A stretch of DNA of 32,000 nt from Bifidobacterium longum subsp. longum JCM 1217 (GCF_000196555.1 NC_015067.1:1440001-1472000); one strand, 5' to 3'. Counted from the first letter of the stretch, positions 1 through 8,865 are shown. Numbers and translations are program-made. The notes: generated by a model from the sequence alone, not told the origin.

Positions 1-1166
1 GCCAGGTAGGCCGGGTGGATGCGGTACATCGTGGAGCAGGGGCAGACCACGGGGTCCAAGCAGAACACGGTCTTGTCCGGGTACTGCGCGGCCAGACGGT
101 TCACCAGGTTGATTTCGGTGCCCACAGCAATGGCGGATCCGGCGGGCGCGTTGGCGATCTCCTTGACGATGTACGCGGTGGAGCCAGTACCGTCGGCGGC
201 ATCGACCACCTGCATCGAGCACTCGGGGTGCACGATCACCTTGACGCCCGGGTATGCCTTGCGGGCACGTTCGACCTGTTCGACGGTGAAACGCTGGTGC
301 ACGGAGCAGAAGCCCTTCCACAGAATCATCTTGGCGCGGGCGTAATCGGCCGGATCGGCGGCGCCGCCCTGTGCCTTGAACGGATCCCACAGCGGCATCT
401 CGCTCAGCGGAATGCCCATCGCGCGGGCGGTATTGCGGCCCAGATGCTGGTCCGGGAAGAACAGCACGCGCTTGCCGCGGGCGAACGCCCATTCCAGCAC
501 GGCGTGCGCATTGGAAGAGGTGCATACGATGCCGCCGTTGCGTCCGCAGAACGCCTTCAGCGCGGCGGATGAGTTCATGTAGGTGACCGGAATGATCTGC
601 TGCAAGCCATCGGAGTCCGGCTGGGTGCCGCAGATCTCGCCGAGCTGGTCCCAGCATTCCTGGACCTGGTCGATGTTGGCCATGTCGGCCATCGAGCAGC
701 CGGCGGACAGGTTGGGCAGGGTCACGCTCTGTTCGGGCGTGGAGAGGATGTCGGCGGTTTCGGCCATGAAGTGCACGCCGCAGAACACGATGTGGTCGGC
801 GTCCGGGCGTTCGGTGGCGTTCTTGGCCAGCTGGAAGGAGTCGCCCACGAAATCGGCGTGCTTGATGATCTCGTCACGCTGGTAGAAGTGGCCCAGAATC
901 AACAGTTTGGAGCCGAGACGCTGCTTGGCGTCGGAGATGCGCTGCTGCAGTTCCTCGTCGGAGGCCTTGCGGTATTCGTCCGGCAACACCTGCTGGCGCG
1001 GCGCGTTGGCGGGCAGACGGTCGAGCATCGAGGCACCGGGACCGTAGCTGGGTGTGGTGGTGTCGAAGTGCCATGGGTCCTGGGTCAGTCCTGCATCGCA
1101 GGTGCTTTGCGCGCCCAGCTTGGCGATGATCTCGTCAACGGACGGCGCAGTGAATAGTGCGGTCAT
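1..1166 (-). CDS. nadA: quinolinate synthase NadA (3' end lies beyond the left edge of the window)
   Basis: Absent from the ORF track because it has no in-window stop. My reverse-strand translation from ATG 1166 reads MTALFTAPSVDEIIAKLG...GVHFMAETADIL...NLSAGCSMADM...VTYMNSSAALKAFCG...CTSSNA...FFPDQHLGRNT...WKGFCSVHQRF...VHPECS...CPCSTMYRI, which are typical NadA motifs. GGAAAGGAA lies 5 nt upstream of the ATG. Confidence 0.9.
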   Translation of the reverse strand, partial: MTALFTAPSVDEIIAKLGAQSTCDAGLTQDPWHFDTTTPSYGPGASMLDRLPANAPRQQVLPDEYRKASDEELQQRISDAKQRLGSKLLILGHFYQRDEIIKHADFVGDSFQLAKNATERPDADHIVFCGVHFMAETADILSTPEQSVTLPNLSAGCSMADMANIDQVQECWDQLGEICGTQPDSDGLQQIIPVTYMNSSAALKAFCGRNGGIVCTSSNAHAVLEWAFARGKRVLFFPDQHLGRNTARAMGIPLSEMPLWDPFKAQGGAADPADYARAKMILWKGFCSVHQRFTVEQVERARKAYPGVKVIVHPECSMQVVDAADGTGSTAYIVKEIANAPAGSAIAVGTEINLVNRLAAQYPDKTVFCLDPVVCPCSTMYRIHPAYL

Positions 1167-1197
1167 AGTGGTTCCTTTCCTATATACGTCTGTGATA

Positions 1198-1216
1198 CCG
1201 GCCCGAAGCGGGTCGG
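1198..1216 (-). other. short GC hairpin between the nrtR stop and the nadA start (possible attenuator or processing stem)
   Basis: CCGGCCCG-aag-CGGGTCGG forms 8 bp including one G-U pair. No clear U-tract follows on the minus strand. Confidence 0.2.
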
Positions 1217-1225
1217 CGGGAAAAA

Positions 1226-2053
1226 TCAGATGCGCGCGGATGGGATCAGCGCGTCGAGAGCGTCTTCACGCTCGCCTTGTCTGGACAGTTCCACGATGTC
1301 GTCACCATCGGATTCGTGGGGCGTACCGTTCTCGACAGGTCGTTTGGGGATGTAGCGGTAGACGGTGGCCGGTCGTTGGCGGCCTTCGCGCATCTTCTCC
1401 CCGGTGTCTTCAAGGTCGCCCGAGGCAAGCATTTTGCGGCGGAAGTTCGCCAAGTCGAGGGGTTCGCCGCCAATCGCCTCATAGACGCCGTGCAGTTGGC
1501 GCAGGGTGAACGTGGGGCCGAGCAGTCGGGTGGCCACGTCGGAGTATTCGATTTTGGAGCGCAGGCGGAGCAGCGCGTAGTCGATGATCTGGCGATGGTC
1601 GAACGCCAGCTCGGGCAGTTCGTCTTCGGGGAACCATCGTACGTTGTCACCGTCCTCGAAGCCCGCGGCCTCGGTCTGGCCGACGAGCGCCCAGTACACG
1701 ACGGATACCATGGGCAATCCGCCATGGGACCGGGTCGGGCCTCCAAAGGTGTACAGCTGTTCGAGGTATCGCGGGTGCAGGTCTGTGGTCGATTCGAGGG
1801 CCGCGTAGGCAGACTGTTCCAACGACCGGTCGGAGCGCAGGTCACCGCCGGGCAACGCCCAGCAGCCCAGGAACGGCTGACGGACGCGCTTGACCAGGGG
1901 CAACCAGAGACAGGAATGGGCCGAGTTCGCGGCGTTGCCGGAATCGGCGGCACTGTTGCCGGTATCGCCTTCCGGGCCGAGTGCCAGAATCACCACTGAC
2001 ACGCCGACCTGTGGCGGTGCGCTGCGGCGCTCGGACACATTGCCGAATCCCAT
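1226..2053 (-). CDS. nrtR: NrtR-family regulator (N-terminal Nudix-like domain plus C-terminal winged-helix domain)
   Basis: ORF 1226..2104. The Nudix-like core reads WALPGGDLRSDRSLEQSAYAALESTTDL. It is followed by FDHRQIIDYALLRLRSKIEYSDVATRLLGPTFTLRQLHGVYEAIGG...LDLANFRRKM, typical of the NrtR C-terminal DNA-binding domain. I prefer ATG 2053 (MGFGNV...) because AAGAGG sits 6 nt upstream. The gene lies directly upstream of nadA on the same strand. Confidence 0.8.
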   Translation of the reverse strand: MGFGNVSERRSAPPQVGVSVVILALGPEGDTGNSAADSGNAANSAHSCLWLPLVKRVRQPFLGCWALPGGDLRSDRSLEQSAYAALESTTDLHPRYLEQLYTFGGPTRSHGGLPMVSVVYWALVGQTEAAGFEDGDNVRWFPEDELPELAFDHRQIIDYALLRLRSKIEYSDVATRLLGPTFTLRQLHGVYEAIGGEPLDLANFRRKMLASGDLEDTGEKMREGRQRPATVYRYIPKRPVENGTPHESDGDDIVELSRQGEREDALDALIPSARI

Positions 2054-2107
2054 GCCATGCCTCTTTCCATACCGGTTGTTCTCCCTGCATTGAGAGCATA
2101 GCACTAC

Positions 2108-2128
2108 TTATAGTCACAATGACCATAA
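2108..2128. promoter_or_regulatory. candidate NrtR operator (21-bp imperfect palindrome)
   Basis: TTATAGTCA-CAA-TGACCATAA has arms symmetric at 8 of 9 positions. It contains GT-N7-AC (G2113 T2114 ... A2122 C2123). It lies 55-75 nt upstream of the nrtR ATG. On the coding strand a TATAAG hexamer lies inside it. Confidence 0.55.
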
Positions 2129-2184
2129 ATCACATATCGGATGGTCTAGCGCACGAATATTGGTCAGGCAGCGGGCCCCAATCG

Positions 2185-2904
2185 CTACGAAATCACGTCC
2201 GTATCTTCCGATTTCGACTGTGTCATTTCGGCGACGGACGGGAGGAATGGCGCTAGGGAGGGTAGTTCGTCGAGACTCTTCAGACCCATTTGGTCGAGGA
2301 AGAATTCGGAGGTGACCAAGAGGGCCGCGCGGGATTCGGGGTCCACGCCGTCTTCCTTGATAAGGCCGCGTACCGTGAGCGAGCGAATCACTCCATCGGA
2401 GTTGACACCGCGGATCGCGGCCACTTGGGCTCGGGTGACGGGTTGGCGATAGGCCACGATGGCAAGCGCCTCCAGTGCGGCCTGACTGAGTCTCGCAGTC
2501 TGGCCGTCGGTGACGAATGATGAGACGACCGGCTCGAACGCGGCGCGACTGGCGAACTGCCAGCCACGAGCGGTGCGGCGCAGTTCGAAGCCGCGCGGGC
2601 GGATGTCACGGGATTCATCGCCCTCATAGTCATCGTGCAGGGCTCGCAATGCCTCTTCGACTGTGTTGCGATCCAATGCCAAAATACGGGCCAGCTCGGT
2701 GGCGGTCTGCGGCTGGTCGGCGACCATCAGAATCGCTTCCAGACAGGCGGGCAGCCCGCCGGGAAAATCGTCTACCGCGAAATCCACGTATTCGGGGTGC
2801 GTCTCCTCCACTCCCCTCACCGCGGCCTTTGCGGATTCAGCCGTCGATTCGGCATCCGCCATGTGTTCGGTTGTATTCGTTGCGTCAATCTGTTCAGTCA
2901 CCAA
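2185..2904 (-). CDS. scpB: segregation and condensation protein B (ScpB)
   Basis: ORF track 239 aa: LEAILMVADQPQTATELARIL...GFELRRTARGWQFASR...LSQAALEALAIVAYRQPVTRAQVAAIRGVNSDGVIRSLTVRGLIKE. The start is TTG 2904 or GTG 2901. AAGGA overlaps the scpA stop 7-10 nt upstream. Confidence 0.9.
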   Translation of the reverse strand: MVTEQIDATNTTEHMADAESTAESAKAAVRGVEETHPEYVDFAVDDFPGGLPACLEAILMVADQPQTATELARILALDRNTVEEALRALHDDYEGDESRDIRPRGFELRRTARGWQFASRAAFEPVVSSFVTDGQTARLSQAALEALAIVAYRQPVTRAQVAAIRGVNSDGVIRSLTVRGLIKEDGVDPESRAALLVTSEFFLDQMGLKSLDELPSLAPFLPSVAEMTQSKSEDTDVIS

Positions 2905-2913
2905 TCGCCGTCC

Positions 2914-3828
2914 TTACGCAAAATCACCTTCGGAAATGTTCACGTCGCTCATCGTTTCGGCTACGCCGGGTACCCACCTCAGGTGCAGTTCGGCAAACGG
3001 ACCATCTTGCTGATACTGCAGCACACCTTGTTTGAAGAACACGAGCACGGCCATGAACCGAGCCACCACCTCAATACGAGAAGTGCAGTCCCGGGTCAAT
3101 TCGCTGAACGATATCGACTGGTCGCCCTTGGATTCCAATGCCGCGATCAGCCGGTCGCGCACCACCAGCGATTGGGCCCGCAGATCGACCAACGGCACGT
3201 GCAGCTGATGGATCGACACTTCGGAGGCGGGCGCGTTGGCGATGACCTGGGCGGTCAGTCGGGCGAGTTCGAGCGGAGTCAGCGTCCATACCAGCTCAGG
3301 CAGCATGGCGGCAACGCCCTCGTCCATGGCCGCCGGGTGCGGGAATCGGCCGGAGTTGGCGGCGATACGCGCCCGGAAGTCACCTGCGGCCTGCTTGTAG
3401 GCGCGGTATTGGAGGAGTCGGGCGAACAGCAAATCGCGTTCGCGCAGCACTTCGAGGCTCTGCTCGTCGTGCTGGCTGTCTTCGCCGCCGGGCAGAATCG
3501 CCACGCTTTTGGCCTCGACCAGAATAGAGGCGATATCGAGAAAGGCGCTGGCCTCATCCATGTTTTTTGTGAAATCGAGCCCGCGCACGTATGTCAGGAA
3601 TTCCTCGGTGATCGAGGAGAGGGAAACTTCGGTCAGCTCGAGTCTGTTGTTGGCGATCATGCCGAGCAAGGCATCAAACGGACCGGAATAGACTTCGAGG
3701 TTGACCCGGAAGCCGGAAGTGGCGGATTCCTCCGTGCTGATTTCGGCTTCCGCGGAGCTCCCCTCAGCCTCGCTACGCGAGCCAGCTTCCCTCAGAGAGG
3801 GGAGCCGAGAAAGGGAAGTCTCATTCAT
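2914..3828 (-). CDS. scpA: segregation and condensation protein A (ScpA), with about 38 aa of N-terminal extension encoded by a palindromic repeat
   Basis: ORF track 304 aa. The conserved core begins at FRVNLEVYSGPFDALLGMIANNRLELTEVSL. Between ATG 3828 and that core there is no other in-frame ATG, GTG or TTG. Confidence 0.9.
   Translation of the reverse strand: MNETSLSRLPSLREAGSRSEAEGSSAEAEISTEESATSGFRVNLEVYSGPFDALLGMIANNRLELTEVSLSSITEEFLTYVRGLDFTKNMDEASAFLDIASILVEAKSVAILPGGEDSQHDEQSLEVLRERDLLFARLLQYRAYKQAAGDFRARIAANSGRFPHPAAMDEGVAAMLPELVWTLTPLELARLTAQVIANAPASEVSIHQLHVPLVDLRAQSLVVRDRLIAALESKGDQSISFSELTRDCTSRIEVVARFMAVLVFFKQGVLQYQQDGPFAELHLRWVPGVAETMSDVNISEGDFA
3757..3805. repeat. REP-like compound palindrome lying inside the scpA 5' coding region
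   Basis: GCTCCCCTC (3757-3765) pairs with GAGGGGAGC (3797-3805). An inner CTCGC-tac-GCGAG stem lies between them. The core is the same as in the intergenic terminator hairpins at 14403, 16690, 21940, 31400 and 31980. Confidence 0.7.
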
Positions 3829-3846
3829 CGTTTATCGAAACAATCG

Positions 3847-4806
3847 TTACGCCACGATGCCGCGAGCAATGAGCTCACGTGCCACCTCACGGTATTCCTT
3901 TGATGTCTTGTGCTCAGGGGCATAGACCACCACGGGCGCGGCGGCAACCGTGGAATCGGGCAGTTTGATGGAGCGGGAGATGAACGTGTGGAACACCTTT
4001 TCGCTGAACGCCTCGTAAACGCGCTGGCAGACCTCTTCGCAGTGCAGTGTCTTGGTGTACATGGTGATGAGCACGCCATCCACTTCCAATGCGGGATTGA
4101 TGCGGGACTGCACTTTTTCGATGGACTGCATAAGCAGGGCCACACCGCGCAAGGCGAAGAATTCGGCGGCCACGGGAATGATCACGCCATCAGCTGCGGC
4201 AAGCGCGTTCACGGTGAGCAGGCCGAGCGATGGCTGGCAGTCGACGATGATGAGATCGTATTCCGACTTGAGCTTGCGCAGCACGCTGTTCAGGATCTGC
4301 TCTCGGCCCACTTCGGTGACCAGCTGGACCTCGGCGGCGGACAAATCGATGTTCGCCGGAATCACATCGATGTTCTCGAATGCGGTGTGCTGCACCACAT
4401 CATGTGGGTCCACGGAAATATCGAACAGCGCGGTGTAAATCGTGTTCTCCACGGTATTCGCGTTGACGCCCAGTCCCACAGTGGCGGCACCCTGCGGATC
4501 GAAATCGACGATAAGCACGCGGCGGCCATACTGGGCCAACGCACCGGCAATATTGATGGAGCTGGTGGTCTTACCTACGCCACCCTTCTGGTTGCACATG
4601 GCAATGACACGCGCCGGACCGTGCTGTTGCAGCGGTTCGGGTGCGGGGAAGGTTTCGTATTCACGTCCAAGCAAATCGGTAGGCATACTGTCTACCTTAT
4701 CAACATCCGGGTTCGCTGGGGGTGCAACGACATACGTTCCTGTCATAGGCAGCGTTCCTTGACGGAATGCGCTGTCTTTATCGCGGGTATCTCGCCAGTC
4801 GTCCAT
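3847..4806 (-). CDS. parA: ParA/Soj-family chromosome partitioning ATPase
   Basis: Deviant Walker A motif reads VIAMCNQKGGVGKTTSSINIAGALA...LIVDFDPQG. The ORF extends to GTG 4881. However, ATG 4806 (MDDWRD...) has GAGGG 5 nt upstream, and the 4871-4913 hairpin occupies the extended 5' part. Confidence 0.85.
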   Translation of the reverse strand: MDDWRDTRDKDSAFRQGTLPMTGTYVVAPPANPDVDKVDSMPTDLLGREYETFPAPEPLQQHGPARVIAMCNQKGGVGKTTSSINIAGALAQYGRRVLIVDFDPQGAATVGLGVNANTVENTIYTALFDISVDPHDVVQHTAFENIDVIPANIDLSAAEVQLVTEVGREQILNSVLRKLKSEYDLIIVDCQPSLGLLTVNALAAADGVIIPVAAEFFALRGVALLMQSIEKVQSRINPALEVDGVLITMYTKTLHCEEVCQRVYEAFSEKVFHTFISRSIKLPDSTVAAAPVVVYAPEHKTSKEYREVARELIARGIVA

Positions 4807-4870
4807 CGTTGCCCTCGCCCCCTTTGTCGGGAATACCTGCTCGCCCATCCTAATGTACTCGCCGGGCTCG

Positions 4871-4913
4871 CCTCGGAACACCGTTTTGCCGCTGGTATTC
4901 CAGTGTTCCGAGG
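4871..4913 (-). other. perfect 11-bp stem-loop downstream of the ABC transporter gene (possible terminator or RNA stability element)
   Basis: CCTCGGAACAC (4871-4881) pairs with GTGTTCCGAGG (4903-4913), with a 21-nt loop. No U-tract follows on the minus strand. Confidence 0.35.
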
Positions 4914-4947
4914 TTTATGGATCTCGTCTCGTACTATGTCGATGCGC

Positions 4948-7794
4948 TTACTCGGTGCGCAGTGCGGTGGCCGGGTCTTGCTTGGCTGCCTTACGCGAGG
5001 GAATCAGGCCGCCGATCAGCGTGAGCACCACGCTTAGGATCACCAGCACCACGCCACCGGTCACCGGCAGGGCGGCATTGACGTCCGCATTGCCGATGAA
5101 GTGGTGTAGCACGGCGTTGATCGGAATATTGAGCAGCACGGTCAAGCCCACGCCCAACAGGCCGGAGCATAGGCCGATGATGCCGGTCTCCGCATTGAAC
5201 ACCTGGGATACGTTGTGCTTCGAGGCACCCATTGCGCGTAGGATGCCGATTTCCTTGGTGCGCTCCAGCACCGAAATGTAGGTGATGATGCCGATCATGA
5301 TCGAGGAGACGATCAGCGAGACGGACACGAACGCGATAAGCACGTAGGAAATCACGTTGACGATGGTGGTCACCGAACTCATCATGAGCCCAACGTAATC
5401 CGTGTAGGTGATCTTGTCTTTCTTCGAGACGGTGTTGTTGTAGTCGGTGATCGCGTCGGCGATGTGGTCCTTGTCTTCGAAGCTGTCGGCGTAGATGTTG
5501 ATCGAGCTGGGCGCGTCACGACTCACCACACCGAATGCGGCGAGGTTGTCGTCGTAGGTGCCGGTCGACACGTACTGGTCGTAGATCGCGACAAGCACGT
5601 CGTTCGAAGCCGTGGCGATATACGCGTCGAAACTGTCGGCGAGCTGCTGTTCGCTCATCGCGGCCATGGCGGCGGCCTGATCGCCGGCACCCGCCGCGCC
5701 AGCGACACCTGCAGCACCAGCACCAGCGGCGTCCGATGTGCCCGTGCCGGACTGCTGCCCGGCGCTCATCATCGACTTGGCCATGTTCGCCTTCTGCGTC
5801 ACGCCCAGCGAAGCCACGTAGGTGCGCGCGTCGGCCACCTTGGTGGCATCGTCCGAGGGCGAGAACGTCATGCCGTTGAGCACGTTCGTGTTCGGGTTGG
5901 CCTTCTGATCGGTAACGATGGCGCTGGAGGCCGCACGGTCGATCAAATCATTGGTCAGAGCGCGCGCGTACCCCACACCAGCGGCCAACGGCGTGGCCGA
6001 AGCATCCTTCTTCGCCTTGACGACGCCCACCACCTTGAGTTTGGTGGCCGTTTCGAGGCGCTGTTCGATTTCGTCCTTGTCGTTGCCGATGAAACGGTAG
6101 TGGCCGTCATCGCCCTTGACGTACTGGTCGGATGCCGGAATCATGTACAGCGTCTGATCGAGGGCCTTAGCATAGTCGATCTTGTCTTGTGGAGTGCTGA
6201 CCTTGTCGCCGGCGTTGAGCTTGGACATCATCTCGTGGTAATCGGAGGCGGGCAGCAGGCCGAGCTCGTACAGCGTGGTCAGCGGCACGCTGTTGTTGTC
6301 GTCAAGCACCAGCACCACTTCATCCTTGGACTTCGGCCATGAACCGTTGACCACCTGGTAGTTGTCGGTGATAACCTTGCCTACGAGCTTGCTGTCGTCC
6401 GCTCCCGGCATGATCTCGTTGAACGAGTCGGGCGCGGCGTTCTCATCGGTTTTGCCGGTCAGCATCGACATCTGCTGCGAGGTGATCGACGAGGTGCCGG
6501 ACATGCCGGACGAGCTTGTGGACGCCATCTGCGAGGCCATCGAGGCAGAGTCGCTGGATCCGATCGTCACGCCGTCCGCATTGACCAGCGTGCCGTCGGG
6601 GTCGTGGTCGAACACGGAGAATTTCACGTCATATGTGTACTGGATGCCGGTGGAACCCACATACTGGTGAATCTCGCTCTTGGAATTATCCAGGTATTTC
6701 TTGAAGCGGGTCAGGTTGTTTTCGGTAATCGAACTGGTCAGGCTGGACGCCTGCTTGACGCTGCGGTCGTCCGGGTAGATGCCGTCGGTTTTGTGCGTCT
6801 TGCCGCCGTATCCGCCATCGCCGCCCATCTGTCCGCCCATCATGCTGCTCAGGTCGAAGGTCTGGGAGTCGACGGTGATCGGGTAGGCGGTCATCGTGTC
6901 ACGCTGGATGTCACTGATGTATGTGTTCACGCCAGTCGACACCGATAGAATCAGCGCGATGCCGATGATGCCGATCGAGCCGGCGAACGAGGTCAGCAGG
7001 GTGCGCGCCTTCTTGGTTTTCAGATTGTTGAAGCTCAACGCCAGCGACGTGGCGAACGACATCGACGCGCGGCCCATCGTCTTGTACACGGCCGGCTGTT
7101 CGGCCGTCTCATCCACGACAAACGGGTCGGAGTCGGAGCGGATCACGCCGTCGCGCAGGTTGACGATGCGCGTGGCATATTGTTCCGCAAGTTCGGGGTT
7201 GTGGGTGACCATGACCACGAGGCGGTCCTTGGCCACGTCCTTGAGCAGGTTCATGATCTGCACGGACGTGTCCGAATCGAGCGCGCCGGTCGGCTCGTCG
7301 GCCAGGACGATGTCCGGGTCGTTGACCAGTGCGCGGGCGATCGCCACGCGCTGCATCTGGCCGCCGGACAGCTGGTTTGGCTTCTTGTTGATGTGTTCGC
7401 CGAGTCCGACCTTCTCCAGCGCCTTGCGCGCACGTTCGCGACGGTCGGCCTTGCCGATGCCGGAAATCGTCAGCGCGAGTTCGACATTCGACAGAATCGT
7501 CTGGTGAGGGATCAGATTGTAGCTCTGGAACACGAAGCCGATGGTGTGGTTGCGGTACGAATCCCAATCGCGATCCTTGTATTGGCGCGTCGAGATGCCG
7601 TTGATCACCAAATCGCCGTCGTCATACCGGTCGAGGCCGCCGATGATGTTGAGCAAGGTGGTCTTGCCGGAACCCGAGGGACCCAGAATCGCGACGAATT
7701 CGCTGTCGCGTAGGTTCAGGCTGACTTTGTCAAGCGCCTGCTGAACGAAATCACCGGTTTTATAGCGCTTCGAGATCGATTTGATCTGCAGCAT
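4948..7794 (-). CDS. fused ABC transporter: MacB/LolD-type ATPase, large extracytoplasmic domain and FtsX-type permease
   Basis: 948 aa. Walker A is GPSGSGKTT, the signature motif is LSGGQMQRVAIARAL, and Walker B is ILADEPTGALD in the first ~225 aa. A transmembrane helix follows, then about 600 aa of polar region, then C-terminal FtsX-like helices (ERTKEIGILRAMGASK...). Confidence 0.9.
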   Translation of the reverse strand: MLQIKSISKRYKTGDFVQQALDKVSLNLRDSEFVAILGPSGSGKTTLLNIIGGLDRYDDGDLVINGISTRQYKDRDWDSYRNHTIGFVFQSYNLIPHQTILSNVELALTISGIGKADRRERARKALEKVGLGEHINKKPNQLSGGQMQRVAIARALVNDPDIVLADEPTGALDSDTSVQIMNLLKDVAKDRLVVMVTHNPELAEQYATRIVNLRDGVIRSDSDPFVVDETAEQPAVYKTMGRASMSFATSLALSFNNLKTKKARTLLTSFAGSIGIIGIALILSVSTGVNTYISDIQRDTMTAYPITVDSQTFDLSSMMGGQMGGDGGYGGKTHKTDGIYPDDRSVKQASSLTSSITENNLTRFKKYLDNSKSEIHQYVGSTGIQYTYDVKFSVFDHDPDGTLVNADGVTIGSSDSASMASQMASTSSSGMSGTSSITSQQMSMLTGKTDENAAPDSFNEIMPGADDSKLVGKVITDNYQVVNGSWPKSKDEVVLVLDDNNSVPLTTLYELGLLPASDYHEMMSKLNAGDKVSTPQDKIDYAKALDQTLYMIPASDQYVKGDDGHYRFIGNDKDEIEQRLETATKLKVVGVVKAKKDASATPLAAGVGYARALTNDLIDRAASSAIVTDQKANPNTNVLNGMTFSPSDDATKVADARTYVASLGVTQKANMAKSMMSAGQQSGTGTSDAAGAGAAGVAGAAGAGDQAAAMAAMSEQQLADSFDAYIATASNDVLVAIYDQYVSTGTYDDNLAAFGVVSRDAPSSINIYADSFEDKDHIADAITDYNNTVSKKDKITYTDYVGLMMSSVTTIVNVISYVLIAFVSVSLIVSSIMIGIITYISVLERTKEIGILRAMGASKHNVSQVFNAETGIIGLCSGLLGVGLTVLLNIPINAVLHHFIGNADVNAALPVTGGVVLVILSVVLTLIGGLIPSRKAAKQDPATALRTE

Positions 7795-7921
7795 GAATAC
7801 CTCTTCCTGGCTGACGGTTCGCTGTTATGTACTGTATTGTCACGCCTTGAATTTCCGGCCGACTTTGGTGCTCCCCCGCCGCGATTCCGCTATGGGCGGA
7901 CGCGTCGCAAAATGGTGTGTC

Positions 7922-8857
7922 TCACCGCGCTCTGGGATGTGAGGTCAGATACGTTTCGATCAGGGTTTCAGGGCTTACGTGCGTGTAGATCTGCGTGGTG
8001 GTCACGCTGGCGTGCCCGAGCAGTTCCTGCACGGTGCGCACGTCCGCGCCGCCTTGGATCAGGTGCGTGGCAAAGGAATGGCGCAAGGTGTGCGGATGGA
8101 GTGGTTTGGTGATGCCGGCCCGCTCCCCGGTTGCTTTGACGATTTCCCATACCGATTGCCGCGAGATGCGCTTGCCGCGTTTGTTGAGAAACAGTGCGCG
8201 CCTCTCGGGAATCTTGGCGCTGGAGCGCTGTTCCAACTCGCCACGCCCCGCATTGAGGTATGCGGTGATGGCCCGGCATGCGTAACTGCCCAATGGCACA
8301 AGCCGCTGCTTGGAGCCCTTGCCCATGAGTCGCGCGATGTGCTCGTCCAGGTCGATGTCGTCCAGATTCGCACCGGTGGCTTCCGAGACGCGGCAGCCGG
8401 TGGCGTACATGAATTCGAGCAGGGCCTTGTCCCGTAATACCACCGGATCGGTTGAGCCGCCGGCTGCCGCCGCGTCGAGCAGACGGGTTACCTCGTCCAC
8501 GGTGAGTACGTCAGGCAGGGTGCTGGCACCTTTGGGTGCCTTGACTGCGGCAGAAACGTCGGCAGTCACCGCGTGCTGGCCGAGCGCGAAGCGATGGAAT
8601 TCATGGATCGAGGCCAGTCTTCGGGCTTTGGAGCGGGCGGACTCCCCCGCCTGGTCAAGGGCGGCGATGTAGTCTTCGACGTCTTGTTTGGTTATGGCGT
8701 CCGGTTCGTGGATGCCGCGGGTTTCGAGCCAATCAATGTATTTGGCGATATCGGATTCGTAGGCGGTGACGGTGGCCGTGGCGAGCCCTCGCTCCACGCC
8801 GATGTGGACGAGGAACTGCTCGGTGAGTCTGGTGAATCCGTTGGTCATAGTGCCCAT
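7922..8857 (-). CDS. xerD: tyrosine site-specific recombinase XerD
   Basis: 311 aa. Contains ...ARLMGKGSKQRLVPLG...HPHTLRHSFATHLIQGGADVRTVQELLGHASVTTTQIYTHV. The position next to parA-scpA-scpB favours XerD over XerC. Confidence 0.85.
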   Translation of the reverse strand: MGTMTNGFTRLTEQFLVHIGVERGLATATVTAYESDIAKYIDWLETRGIHEPDAITKQDVEDYIAALDQAGESARSKARRLASIHEFHRFALGQHAVTADVSAAVKAPKGASTLPDVLTVDEVTRLLDAAAAGGSTDPVVLRDKALLEFMYATGCRVSEATGANLDDIDLDEHIARLMGKGSKQRLVPLGSYACRAITAYLNAGRGELEQRSSAKIPERRALFLNKRGKRISRQSVWEIVKATGERAGITKPLHPHTLRHSFATHLIQGGADVRTVQELLGHASVTTTQIYTHVSPETLIETYLTSHPRAR

Positions 8858-8865
8858 GGTACAAA

